A stretch of DNA of 64,000 bases, taken from NCBI GenBank assembly GCA_964350985.1, contig CAYGLK010000001.1, positions 91,018 through 155,017 on the forward strand, given 5' to 3'. This document shows positions 8,427 to 15,833 of this stretch, piece by piece (the stretch's first letter is position 1; every line of letters begins with the position of its first letter). The stretch is from an uncultured Candidatus Saccharibacteria bacterium. GTDB taxonomy: Bacteria; Patescibacteriota; Minisyncoccia; Phycocordibacterales; UBA918. The notes beneath the pieces were generated by a model. It did not search any database, had not been told where the DNA came from, and saw only the letters and a program-made list of their open reading frames with translations. A program made the position numbers and the translations under genes.

Positions 8427-9701
8427 ATGGATTTTGAAAAATTAGGTACAAAAAAAGATGATAGATTTGATAAACCTGAAGCAGAACAGGAGACAGAAAC
8501 ATTTTTGTTTGAAATAGAACAAGATCTCCAAAATTTATCTACTAATAGTGCTGAGATTAGTAGTCTTCTTGAAAAATTACCATCAGATGATGATGGGGTT
8601 ATAGAGATAAAAGAAAGTTTAATTAACATACAGCATCGTATTAGCAGCGTCTTACAGCGGGCCATGTTATTACTTTCTCTTTCAGCTGCTTCTAGTTCGG
8701 CTTATGCGCAAGAAGGGTCATCAGCTGCTCCAGAAAATTCCCGTCCACATGTTGAGCTTGAGTATGACAACCCACAAAGATTGGCGTCAAAGAAGGTTAG
8801 AACATACAAATCTTTTATTGATAAGGAGATAAAAAAATACGAAGAATTAGCAATACCGTTCAAATCTAGGGATGGGGATTATATTGATAACTTAGAAATT
8901 GCACTTGATTCAGAACAAGAACTTAGTGAAGAACAGACAAGTATTGTACAAAGCGCAAGGGCAGCCTGGTATGTTGAACTATTACGTATTGAACGCAAAA
9001 GTATCAGAAAACATGCTAGACAAACACAGCAAGCTTATGAGGAAGCTGATACTGCACGCCAATGGCTTGCCGACCTCATACATTCAGAAGAGTATGAAAA
9101 GCGAGCTCTTGCTGAAGGTTTAAGCGAAGAAGAAATACAAGAAAGGCGTAAACGCAGTAAGCAAGATAGCACCCAATTCTTTGAGAGCTTAGCCAGCGGA
9201 GATAGTTATGGAAAGTATATTTTAAAAGGTAGTTTAGTACACCCTGAAGCATTGCGTGATCAGATTAAACTTTCTCGACAAAAGTTTTTTAATGGATTCG
9301 GTAGGGTAAATAAAATATCAGAAATTCAGGTTCATGAAATGGAACACCGCGTTACTCGTGCTAATGAAGGACTTAGTCAGCGAGCGAAAGACTTATACAC
9401 AGAAGCATTTATTACTAGACCTTATCATGATAAAGAATATGCAAACTATCTCGCGACACTTACTGAATTAGACGCTCGAAAAAAATCTTTTGAGTATCAA
9501 TTTGAAAAATTAACAAATTGGCGTTGTGGTATGCCATTTACTTCGGAACACAAAGAGCAAGCAATAAGACTGTACTATGAAGGAAAGTTCAGTAGTGATG
9601 TCGGAGAGTTTTTTAATGTTATTAAACTTGATTATTTTGAACGAATAATGAATGAACTAGCCGATATAAGTGAGTTGGATGAGAGTGAAAATATTGTTTA
9701 G
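8427..9701 (+). CDS. hypothetical protein; possibly a secreted protein starting at internal Met (8664)
   Basis: 424-aa ORF. Acidic coiled N-terminal 79 aa is followed by an internal signal-peptide-like segment, MLLLSLSAASSSAYAQE. No recognisable domain. Confidence 0.5.
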   Translation: MDFEKLGTKKDDRFDKPEAEQETETFLFEIEQDLQNLSTNSAEISSLLEKLPSDDDGVIEIKESLINIQHRISSVLQRAMLLLSLSAASSSAYAQEGSSAAPENSRPHVELEYDNPQRLASKKVRTYKSFIDKEIKKYEELAIPFKSRDGDYIDNLEIALDSEQELSEEQTSIVQSARAAWYVELLRIERKSIRKHARQTQQAYEEADTARQWLADLIHSEEYEKRALAEGLSEEEIQERRKRSKQDSTQFFESLASGDSYGKYILKGSLVHPEALRDQIKLSRQKFFNGFGRVNKISEIQVHEMEHRVTRANEGLSQRAKDLYTEAFITRPYHDKEYANYLATLTELDARKKSFEYQFEKLTNWRCGMPFTSEHKEQAIRLYYEGKFSSDVGEFFNVIKLDYFERIMNELADISELDESENIV

Positions 9702-9705
9702 CTAA

Positions 9706-9775
9706 TTTTGTTCCAGTGATTTTCTCAAAGAGGGAAAATCACTGGAACAAAATACCGATTTGCAGAAAATCGGTA
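9706..9775 (+). terminator. tandem hairpins (19-bp perfect inverted repeat plus a second hairpin and U-run)
   Basis: TTTTGTTCCAGTGATTTTC-TCAAAGAGG-GAAAATCACTGGAACAAAA, then TACCGATTTGCAGAAAATCGGTA, then TTTCT. Member of the GTTCC...GGAAC hairpin family. Confidence 0.55.
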
Positions 9776-9796
9776 TTTCTGCTATTCTTTAAATAT

Positions 9797-10066
9797 ATGA
9801 ACACAATTAAACTACAGAATCGTGGCACTTTAACTTTACCTAAAAAAATTCGTGAAGTTTTAGGTTTAGCTGATGGCTCAATCCTGCAAGTGTCTTCTGA
9901 CAAAAATAGAATTATTTTGGAAAAAATTACGACAGTTTCCTCAGATGATTCAGAACTACTGGGAGATATTAAACAGTCTTTGGCTGATATTAAGAAAGGT
10001 GATTTTATTGAGTTTAGCTCAATAAATGAATTTAAAAAGAAAGCTAAAGCTTATGGTGAAAATTAG
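9797..10066 (+). CDS. AbrB/MazE-family (SpoVT-AbrB swapped-hairpin) antitoxin
   Basis: MNTIKLQNRGTLTLPKKIREVLGLADGSILQVSSDKNRIILEKI matches the SpoVT_AbrB domain. Stop overlaps the toxin start by 14 nt. The ORF-track start at 9716 is a read-through of the upstream hairpin. Confidence 0.7.
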   Translation: MNTIKLQNRGTLTLPKKIREVLGLADGSILQVSSDKNRIILEKITTVSSDDSELLGDIKQSLADIKKGDFIEFSSINEFKKKAKAYGEN

Positions 10067-10301
10067 GATATCTAAGACAGCTTTAAAACAATATCAAAAT
10101 CTTTCTCCTGAACTAAAGAAAAAAACTGATAAGCAATTTGCCTATCTTTTGTCAGACCATAAACATCCTTCACTGAAAGCAAAAAAGTATCGTACAGAAG
10201 ATGATCTCTGGCAGGCGCGTATTGATCGTAATTGGCGTTTTTATTTCTTCGTTGTGTCACCAAACTATTTGATTGTTTCTATCATAGCTCATCCAAAGTA
10301 A
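10053..10301 (+). CDS. RelE/ParE-superfamily toxin
   Basis: MVKIRISKTALKQYQNL...DLWQARIDRNWRFYFFVVSPNYLIVSIIAHPK matches the RelE/ParE C-terminal pattern (R-x-RiiY ... ghR/HPK). Translationally coupled to the upstream antitoxin. Confidence 0.7.
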   Translation: MVKIRISKTALKQYQNLSPELKKKTDKQFAYLLSDHKHPSLKAKKYRTEDDLWQARIDRNWRFYFFVVSPNYLIVSIIAHPK

Positions 10302-10348
10302 AATGAACAAATGCCAATAGGGCATATTGTGAATTTTGTTCCGAGTTT

Positions 10349-10389
10349 GGCCCTTTCCTAGGCCAAACTCCTGGAACCGGAACTCCAAT
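10349..10389 (+). repeat. hairpin of the GTTCC...GGAAC family downstream of the TA module
   Basis: GTTCCGAGTTTGGCC-ctttccta-GGCCAAACTCctGGAAC, preceded by the same AATTTTGTTCC lead-in as the hairpin at 9706. Confidence 0.5.
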
Positions 10390-10654
10390 GCTAAGTCAGA
10401 ACAATATTTATTTAGGTAAAGTTGCTATTCTGATACTAAAGTGTAAAATCGTTTTTAACTGTCTCCATACCTGTAGAGGTAGGCGGGTGCCAACGTCCGC
10501 TATAACGCTTCAAACAGTTCCCATGTCTGGAAAGATCGAGCGGCACTTTTCAGAATGTTGGTTTGGTTTCAGCCAGGTATCAGAGCTGGCTTGTCCGCTC
10601 CCGAACCGAAGGCGTCAGATGCTTGTACCCTTGTATCTGCCGCCTTTTTTAATA

Positions 10655-10690
10655 TAAAAAAACCGCATGCCTAGGCATGCGGTTTTTGTT
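10655..10690. terminator. bidirectional terminator between the TA region and rnr
   Basis: AAAAACCGCATGCCTAGGCATGCGGTTTTTGTTTT. Confidence 0.65.
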
Positions 10691-10705
10691 TTTCTGCTTG
10701 TTTTA

Positions 10706-12649
10706 TTATTTCGTGATCAACTCAAAATCCAATTGCCTTGCTTCTTTGTCAGCATTGATCAGCTTCACAGTCACAGGATCACCAAGTTGGTAAATCTTGC
10801 CTGTCTTTTGGCCTTTGATTCGATACTTACTAGCTTCGTGTTCGAAGTAATCACTCTTGATTGAAGCTAGACGTACCATACCGTCAGCTAAACAAGTAGA
10901 CTCTTGAACGTAAAGACCCCAGTCAGTTACTCCAGTAATTACACCAGTGAAAGTTTCTCCAACTTTGTTCATTAAGTATTCTACTTGCTTGAACTTAATT
11001 GAGTCTCGTTCAGCTGTCACAGCTTCCATTTCACGTTGTGAAGACTTCACTGCCATTTGTTCATACTTAGCTACTTCTTTAGGTCCAATGAATTCTCCGT
11101 CTAAGTGCTTCCTGAGCATTCGGTGAGCCATCAAGTCTGGGTAGCGACGAATAGGGGAAGTGAAGTGAGTGTAGAACTTGAAGGCTAGTCCAAAGTGACC
11201 AATGTTCTTAGTTGAGTAGACGGCTTTAGCCATAGTTCGGATACTGGCGGTCTTAATGAGGTCAGCCTCAGGTTTGCCTTCAACTTGCTTTAGGAGGTTA
11301 TTGATAGCTGTTGCTTTAACAATACCTTTATGAGTTTCAAACTCGTAACCAATCGCCTTTAGGAAAGTCGCTAGTTCTTCTACTTTGTCTGGATTAGGGA
11401 CATCGTGAATTCTGTAAATAAAAGCCAAATCTTTATTCTTGTCTTTCGACATATCATAAATGTAGGTAGCAACCTCACGGTTAGCCAAAAGCATAAAGTC
11501 TTCGATCATGAGCATCGTCTCAACTCTTTCTTTTTTGTAGGCTCGGATTGGTGCTCCTCGCTCATCGAGTTCAAACTTTACTTCCGCTGATTCAAAAGCA
11601 ATCGCTCCTGAGGCAAAGCGCTTCTTTCGAAGTTTGCGTCCAAGTGTCATCAGGGTATTTAAATCTTCGAGGTGAGGACCTGACTGCTTGTCTAATACTT
11701 CTTGAGCTTCTTCATAACTGAAACGTTTGTCTGAGTGAATGACAGTTTGTCCATACCAAGCGTTAGCGATATCAGAGTCTGGAGTCAGTTCAAAAATAGC
11801 TGAGAAAGCTAAACGATCTTCGTTTGGCCGAAGTGAACATAAGTCGTTACTAAGGATTTCTGGAAGCATCGGAATTACTCGGTCTACTAAGTAAACAGAA
11901 GTAGCTCTGTCTTTTGCTTCGATATCAATGCCATCATTGTCTCGTACATAATGAGATACGTCAGCAATATGGATTCCAATCTCAAAGTTACCAGAAGGCA
12001 ATTTTCGACAAGACAAAGCATCGTCAAAGTCTTTTGCGTCCGCTGGGTCGATAGTCATTGTCATTACGTCGCGCATGTCACGACGTTTAGGGTCTTTTAG
12101 AGCGTCCGCAAAAATCTGTTCTTTGGTATTAAATAATTCTTGAGCGGCTTTTTGAACTGACTCTGGAAAGTCTTTTGAGAAACCACCGCTACGAATAATA
12201 GCTTGCATTTCAGTTTCGTGATCACCAGCGTGCCCGAGAGTTTCAGTGATCTTGGCAGTTGGATCAAGTAGTGGTTGAGTCCAAGAAGTGACTTCAACTA
12301 CCACTTTCATCCCTAGGTCATTTTTAGAAGCTGTGGGAACTAGAGGTCTGATATGGATTCTTCCGTTGTCTGGAAGGAAAAAGAGAACTGGCTTACCATC
12401 GACTTTCTTTTCTTTAATAATACCGATTAATTCACGGTAGGCAGCCTTCACTACACGAACCACTTCACCTTCCTGGCGTTTACCAGGAACTTTATTCTTT
12501 AGTTTAAGCTCTACAATGTCACCATCGAGCGCGAAGCCTAAGGCTTCGCGCTCGATCACAATATCTTCTTCTAGGTCAGGATGATTAACAAAACCTGTCC
12601 CTTTCCCTCGAACCATAATGATTCCTTCGTATGTATTAGCGTTATTCAT
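10706..12649 (-). CDS. rnr: ribonuclease R / RNase II-family 3'-5' exoribonuclease
   Basis: RNB-domain motif TIDPADAKDFDDALS. N-terminal cold-shock-like region and C-terminal S1 region (KGQKTGKIYQLGDPVTVKLINADKEARQLDFELI). Confidence 0.85.
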   Translation of the reverse strand: MNNANTYEGIIMVRGKGTGFVNHPDLEEDIVIEREALGFALDGDIVELKLKNKVPGKRQEGEVVRVVKAAYRELIGIIKEKKVDGKPVLFFLPDNGRIHIRPLVPTASKNDLGMKVVVEVTSWTQPLLDPTAKITETLGHAGDHETEMQAIIRSGGFSKDFPESVQKAAQELFNTKEQIFADALKDPKRRDMRDVMTMTIDPADAKDFDDALSCRKLPSGNFEIGIHIADVSHYVRDNDGIDIEAKDRATSVYLVDRVIPMLPEILSNDLCSLRPNEDRLAFSAIFELTPDSDIANAWYGQTVIHSDKRFSYEEAQEVLDKQSGPHLEDLNTLMTLGRKLRKKRFASGAIAFESAEVKFELDERGAPIRAYKKERVETMLMIEDFMLLANREVATYIYDMSKDKNKDLAFIYRIHDVPNPDKVEELATFLKAIGYEFETHKGIVKATAINNLLKQVEGKPEADLIKTASIRTMAKAVYSTKNIGHFGLAFKFYTHFTSPIRRYPDLMAHRMLRKHLDGEFIGPKEVAKYEQMAVKSSQREMEAVTAERDSIKFKQVEYLMNKVGETFTGVITGVTDWGLYVQESTCLADGMVRLASIKSDYFEHEASKYRIKGQKTGKIYQLGDPVTVKLINADKEARQLDFELITK

Positions 12650-12687
12650 TGGTGGCAGTATAGCATTAGGACCTTAATTTACCAGTG

Positions 12688-12812
12688 GGGGACCTACACA
12701 AACGACACATTTCTTCGTTGTCCGGCGTAAAATATTCCTCACCGTACAATCGGTACGACTCGTCTTATTTTACTAGGACGTCTCGAACTGTATTCGCTTG
12801 TGTTGGTCTCCT
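12688..12812 (+). repeat. stem-closed conserved element L1 (contains a GTAC-core module) in the rnr/rpsP divergent region
   Basis: 5' GGGGACCTACACAAACG pairs with 3' CGCTTGTGTTGGTCTCC. Interior shares ~60 nt near-identity with 40455-40573. Confidence 0.5.
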
Positions 12813-12887
12813 AAGACACTTTCACTTTGAGTTTGGCGGTTCTACCTATTGACCAAATTTATTCTATCTGCTACTCTAGCGCCACTT

Positions 12888-13376
12888 ATGTTAATGATGC
12901 GTTTACAACGAATTGGTCGCAAAAACGACCCCTCTTACCGTTTGGTTGTCGTAGACAAGCGAACTGGTCCTAAGAGTAACAAGCACATAGATCACTTGGG
13001 TTCTTATAATCCTAAGCAAGGTCAGGTGCAGATTGATGCTGTTAAGGCAAAAGATTGGTTGAGTAAAGGAGTACAAGCTTCTGACACAGTTCACAATCTT
13101 TTAATTACTCACAAGGTTATTGAAGGTAAGAAGCGAAACGCTCTACCACGAAAGACACCTATTATTGATGAAGCTAAAGTAAAGGCAGAAGCTGAGGCAA
13201 AAGAAAAAGCTGAAGCAGACGCAAAAGCTGCTGCAGAAGCAGCTGAGGCGGCAAAGAACGCTCCAGTAGAAGAAACTCCAGCCGCTGAGGAAACTCCAGC
13301 TGAAGAGCCAAAAGCTGAAGAAGCTCCAGAAGAGACACCTGCTGAAGAGCCAAAGAAAGAAGAAGCAGCTGCTTAA
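12888..13376 (+). CDS. rpsP: 30S ribosomal protein S16 with Ala/Glu/Pro/Lys-rich C-terminal tail
   Basis: MLMMRLQRIGRKNDPSYRLVVVDKR...SYNP matches the S16 core. A ~70-aa low-complexity tail (KAEAEAKEKAEADAKAAAEAAEAAK...ETPAEEPK) follows. Confidence 0.8.
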   Translation: MLMMRLQRIGRKNDPSYRLVVVDKRTGPKSNKHIDHLGSYNPKQGQVQIDAVKAKDWLSKGVQASDTVHNLLITHKVIEGKKRNALPRKTPIIDEAKVKAEAEAKEKAEADAKAAAEAAEAAKNAPVEETPAAEETPAEEPKAEEAPEETPAEEPKKEEAAA

Positions 13377-13407
13377 GTATACAAAAGCTAAATACTAGCT
13401 TGCACCA

Positions 13408-13436
13408 AATCGGGATTTACTCCCGTTTTTTTGTTG
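13408..13436 (+). terminator. terminator after rpsP
   Basis: CGGGATTTACTCCCG followed by TTTTTTT. Confidence 0.5.
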
Positions 13437-13518
13437 ACGGTACTAATCTATTCTCGTATTATTATAAAAGCAGCACCACAAACGGAGCGTGCTTACCAGA
13501 ATACTAAAATATTGATGT

Positions 13519-13872
13519 ATGGATACCCACGAAGATAAGCAATTTCTTGAGACTTTAGTAAAATCATTGGTTGATCACCCTGAAGCTGTCAAAATTAATC
13601 GGACAGTAGATGAGATGGGAGTTTTGTTGATGTTAGATGTACACGCTGAAGATATGGGGAAGATTATCGGCCGTTCAGGTAATACAGCCAAAGCGATAAG
13701 AACTTTACTTCGAGTAGTAGGAATGAAGCATGACGCTCGAGTAAATCTAAAGATCAATGAACCAGAAGGAGGACGAGGAATGAATAGTGAAATGAGTGAA
13801 GCGATGCGAGAGGATAATTTGGCTACTGAGCCTAAATCACTCGACCAGGCCATAGAAGACCTAAAGATTTAA
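13519..13872 (+). CDS. KH-domain RNA-binding protein (YlqC/UPF0109-like)
   Basis: LVKSLVDHPEAVKINRTVDEMGVLLMLDVHAEDMGKIIGRSGNTAKAIRTLL matches a KH domain. Its position between rpsP and trmD is conserved. Confidence 0.75.
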   Translation: MDTHEDKQFLETLVKSLVDHPEAVKINRTVDEMGVLLMLDVHAEDMGKIIGRSGNTAKAIRTLLRVVGMKHDARVNLKINEPEGGRGMNSEMSEAMREDNLATEPKSLDQAIEDLKI

Positions 13873-13894
13873 TACTGGAAAATTTCTTTGTTGG

Positions 13895-13965
13895 ACTACA
13901 AAATTTTTCGGTCAAAGTACTATTCGTACATTTCTCTCAAAATTTTTTGTCCGCCTCGAAATTTT
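13895..13965 (+). repeat. GTAC-core conserved intergenic element, copy C1
   Basis: CAAAATTTTTCggtCAaaGTACtattcGTACattTCtCTCAAAATTTTTTGtCCGCCTCGAAAT; see findings. Confidence 0.6.
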
Positions 13966-13999
13966 CACAGTCTAAATCTTTAGGTTTGTAAGAGTATAC

Positions 14000-14035
14000 A
14001 AAAGCCCCGGCGCTACGCGCCGGGGCTTTTGTATG
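14000..14035 (+). terminator. hairpin between the KH-protein gene and trmD
   Basis: AAAGCCCCGGCGCTACGCGCCGGGGCTTTTGT. Confidence 0.55.
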
Positions 14036-14049
14036 CTAGGATTTTATCA

Positions 14050-14730
14050 ATGCATTTTCATATCATCTCAATCTTTCCAGAATTGTGTCAAACCTACCTA
14101 GAGGCAGGTGTTCTTGGACGGGCGCAAAAAACAGACAAAGGGCAGGGGGCAAAGATACGCGGTAAAAAGATGTCGGTTTCATATTACAATCCTCGTGACT
14201 ACTCTAGCGATGCTCGAAAGCGAATCGATGATCGTCCATACGGTGGTGGTCCAGGTATGGTGATGCAAGCATTGCCAATAGTCCAGGCTTGGGCTGCAGC
14301 AGTAGGAAGGAAGCGTGACCAGAAAAAGGTTAAGACTTTAATCATGTCTCCACGCGGTACGACCTTCACTCAAGCTAAGGCTAAAGAATACGCCAAGAAG
14401 TATGATCATCTGGTTTTAATAAGTGGACGCTATGAAGGGATTGATGATAGAGCGAGGCAAATACTCAACGCTGAAGAAATATCAGTGGGTGATTATGTCC
14501 TGACAGGCGGAGAGTTACCAGCTCTGACTATCATTGACGCAACTGCCAGACAAATCCATGGAGTACTCGGTACCTTTGAATCTTTGGAGGACGAACGTGA
14601 TACAAATGGGGAAGCTTACACTCGCCCCGAAGTTTTTAAATATAAAGGGAAGACTCACTCAGTCCCCAAGGTTTTAGTTGAAGGCAATCATAAAGAGATA
14701 GATAAGTGGCGTTCGGGCAAGGGGAAGTAG
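14050..14730 (+). CDS. trmD: tRNA (guanine37-N1)-methyltransferase
   Basis: MHFHIISIFPEL...DDRPYGGGPGMVM...GRYEGIDDR matches TrmD motifs. The ORF-track TTG at 14029 is a likely read-through; Met at 14050 preferred. Confidence 0.85.
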   Translation: MHFHIISIFPELCQTYLEAGVLGRAQKTDKGQGAKIRGKKMSVSYYNPRDYSSDARKRIDDRPYGGGPGMVMQALPIVQAWAAAVGRKRDQKKVKTLIMSPRGTTFTQAKAKEYAKKYDHLVLISGRYEGIDDRARQILNAEEISVGDYVLTGGELPALTIIDATARQIHGVLGTFESLEDERDTNGEAYTRPEVFKYKGKTHSVPKVLVEGNHKEIDKWRSGKGK

Positions 14731-14802
14731 CGTTTATTTTGACGATTTGAGTAATTTATAATATAAAGCACTGGTGCAATAAGGCACTACAGGGAGTTGT
14801 CC

Positions 14803-15165
14803 ATGCAAGTTTACTTGTCGCGACGCGTCAGTTCATTTTATTCTGACGTGACCCATATTCCGATTTCGACACTCTTGCGGTGTCTCAGGAACGGGCGGTA
14901 TGTCTTGGCGGAAAAGACAGACTCCGGTCCTGCGGAGATGATTGTCATCATTTGGGACTGCAAGATTCGGCTGCCAATTGTGCTCATCTTGATTGATGAC
15001 CAAAAGGGCAAGTGGAAGGTAACCAGGCTTTTTAAGCTTTTGCCTGGAAAGAAAACCCTTGGTCGTCGCAGAGTACCGGTATCACCTTACTGGGCTGGTC
15101 ACGCAAAGGTGATGAGTAACCGGTCTGCCAAACGCAGAGATCAACGGCCCTGCAGACGGGCCTAA
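14803..15165 (+). CDS. hypothetical Arg-rich small protein with HTH-like N-terminus (paralog 1)
   Basis: Strong RBS AGGGAG 6 nt before ATG. GC-rich. Shares the RY(V/I)(L/V)...I(I/L)(I/M)WDC...P(I/V)(V/I)(L/I)(I/V)L core with the next ORF. Confidence 0.5.
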   Translation: MQVYLSRRVSSFYSDVTHIPISTLLRCLRNGRYVLAEKTDSGPAEMIVIIWDCKIRLPIVLILIDDQKGKWKVTRLFKLLPGKKTLGRRRVPVSPYWAGHAKVMSNRSAKRRDQRPCRRA

Positions 15166-15241
15166 GTTCTTTTTGGTCTAAGTCCAGGTAAATGCGTAGC
15201 GTTTGCCTGGACAAGGGCCTCTAACTAATGGGGGAGCTGAG

Positions 15242-15586
15242 ATGAAAGCTAAATTGAAGCCAGGTCACGCCATTGAACAACTGAGAGCCAGGACTTCTCT
15301 TAGAGCTAAAACAGTAAGAAGGTGGCTTAAGGAAGATCGCTACATTGTGCTTCCCGGTACACGAAGATCTGTGGCAAATATTGGGATACTGATGTGGGAC
15401 TGTTTTGGACACCAACCAGTCATAATAGTTCTTTTGAAATCCATGGATACATATGTGGTTAAGACAGTCATGGTTCCAAGCAAAGGTAGGCGCTGGAACG
15501 GACGTCTGGTGGAAACTGATTGGAATATCAAACAAGTCAAACAACTTTGTACACTAGAATCAGCTGAAAAAACAAGGAAGAGTTGA
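15242..15586 (+). CDS. hypothetical Arg-rich small protein with HTH-like N-terminus (paralog 2)
   Basis: RBS GGGGGAG 5 nt before ATG. LRAKTVRRWLKE is a resolvase/transposase-type HTH-like segment. Paralogous to the preceding ORF. Confidence 0.5.
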   Translation: MKAKLKPGHAIEQLRARTSLRAKTVRRWLKEDRYIVLPGTRRSVANIGILMWDCFGHQPVIIVLLKSMDTYVVKTVMVPSKGRRWNGRLVETDWNIKQVKQLCTLESAEKTRKS

Positions 15587-15587
15587 A

Positions 15588-15640
15588 ACCCCTGAGTAAA
15601 GCAAACGCGTGCGTTTGCTTTACTCAGGGGTTTTTCTTGC
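15588..15640 (+). terminator. strong rho-independent terminator
   Basis: CCCCTGAGTAAAGCAAACGC-GTG-CGTTTGCTTTACTCAGGGG (20-bp stem) followed by TTTTT. Confidence 0.75.
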
Positions 15641-15833
15641 TTAATTCTCCAGATTTGTTATAATCCCGCCACATACGTAAAGAGGTCTCGGGTGAGTTAT
15701 GGTTGGGAGATGATTTCGTGTCGCACACAAGCAATTGATGTCGATATTAATAAAATAAAACAAACGGGTTGATAAAGCGCACGTAGCGCGTTTTGCTGTT
15801 CGTTTGTTAGGGGTAATAATCATTTAGTGTTTT

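Noticed and set aside
9716-9796. N-terminal 27 codons of ORF-track ORF 9716-10066
   Set aside because: They read through the 19-bp-stem hairpin and U-run. The AbrB-type domain begins at Met 9797.
10388-10864. ORFs 10388-10657 and 10667-10864 (plus strand)
   Set aside because: The first spans the GC-rich structured non-coding block. The second is antisense to the rnr 3' end and crosses the terminator.
13165-13376. GCTGAAGC/GAAGAGCCA tandem repeats
   Set aside because: They are the coding Ala/Glu/Pro/Lys tail of S16, not a satellite.
14797-15590. Possibility that the GC-rich 800-nt block after trmD is RNase P RNA or tmRNA rather than protein
   Set aside because: No P4 (GGAAAGTCCGGGC / CCCGGCTTA) or tRNA-like 3' end is found. 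Both ORFs have well-spaced strong RBSs and are mutual paralogs at the protein level. Protein coding is favoured; Infernal could still be run.
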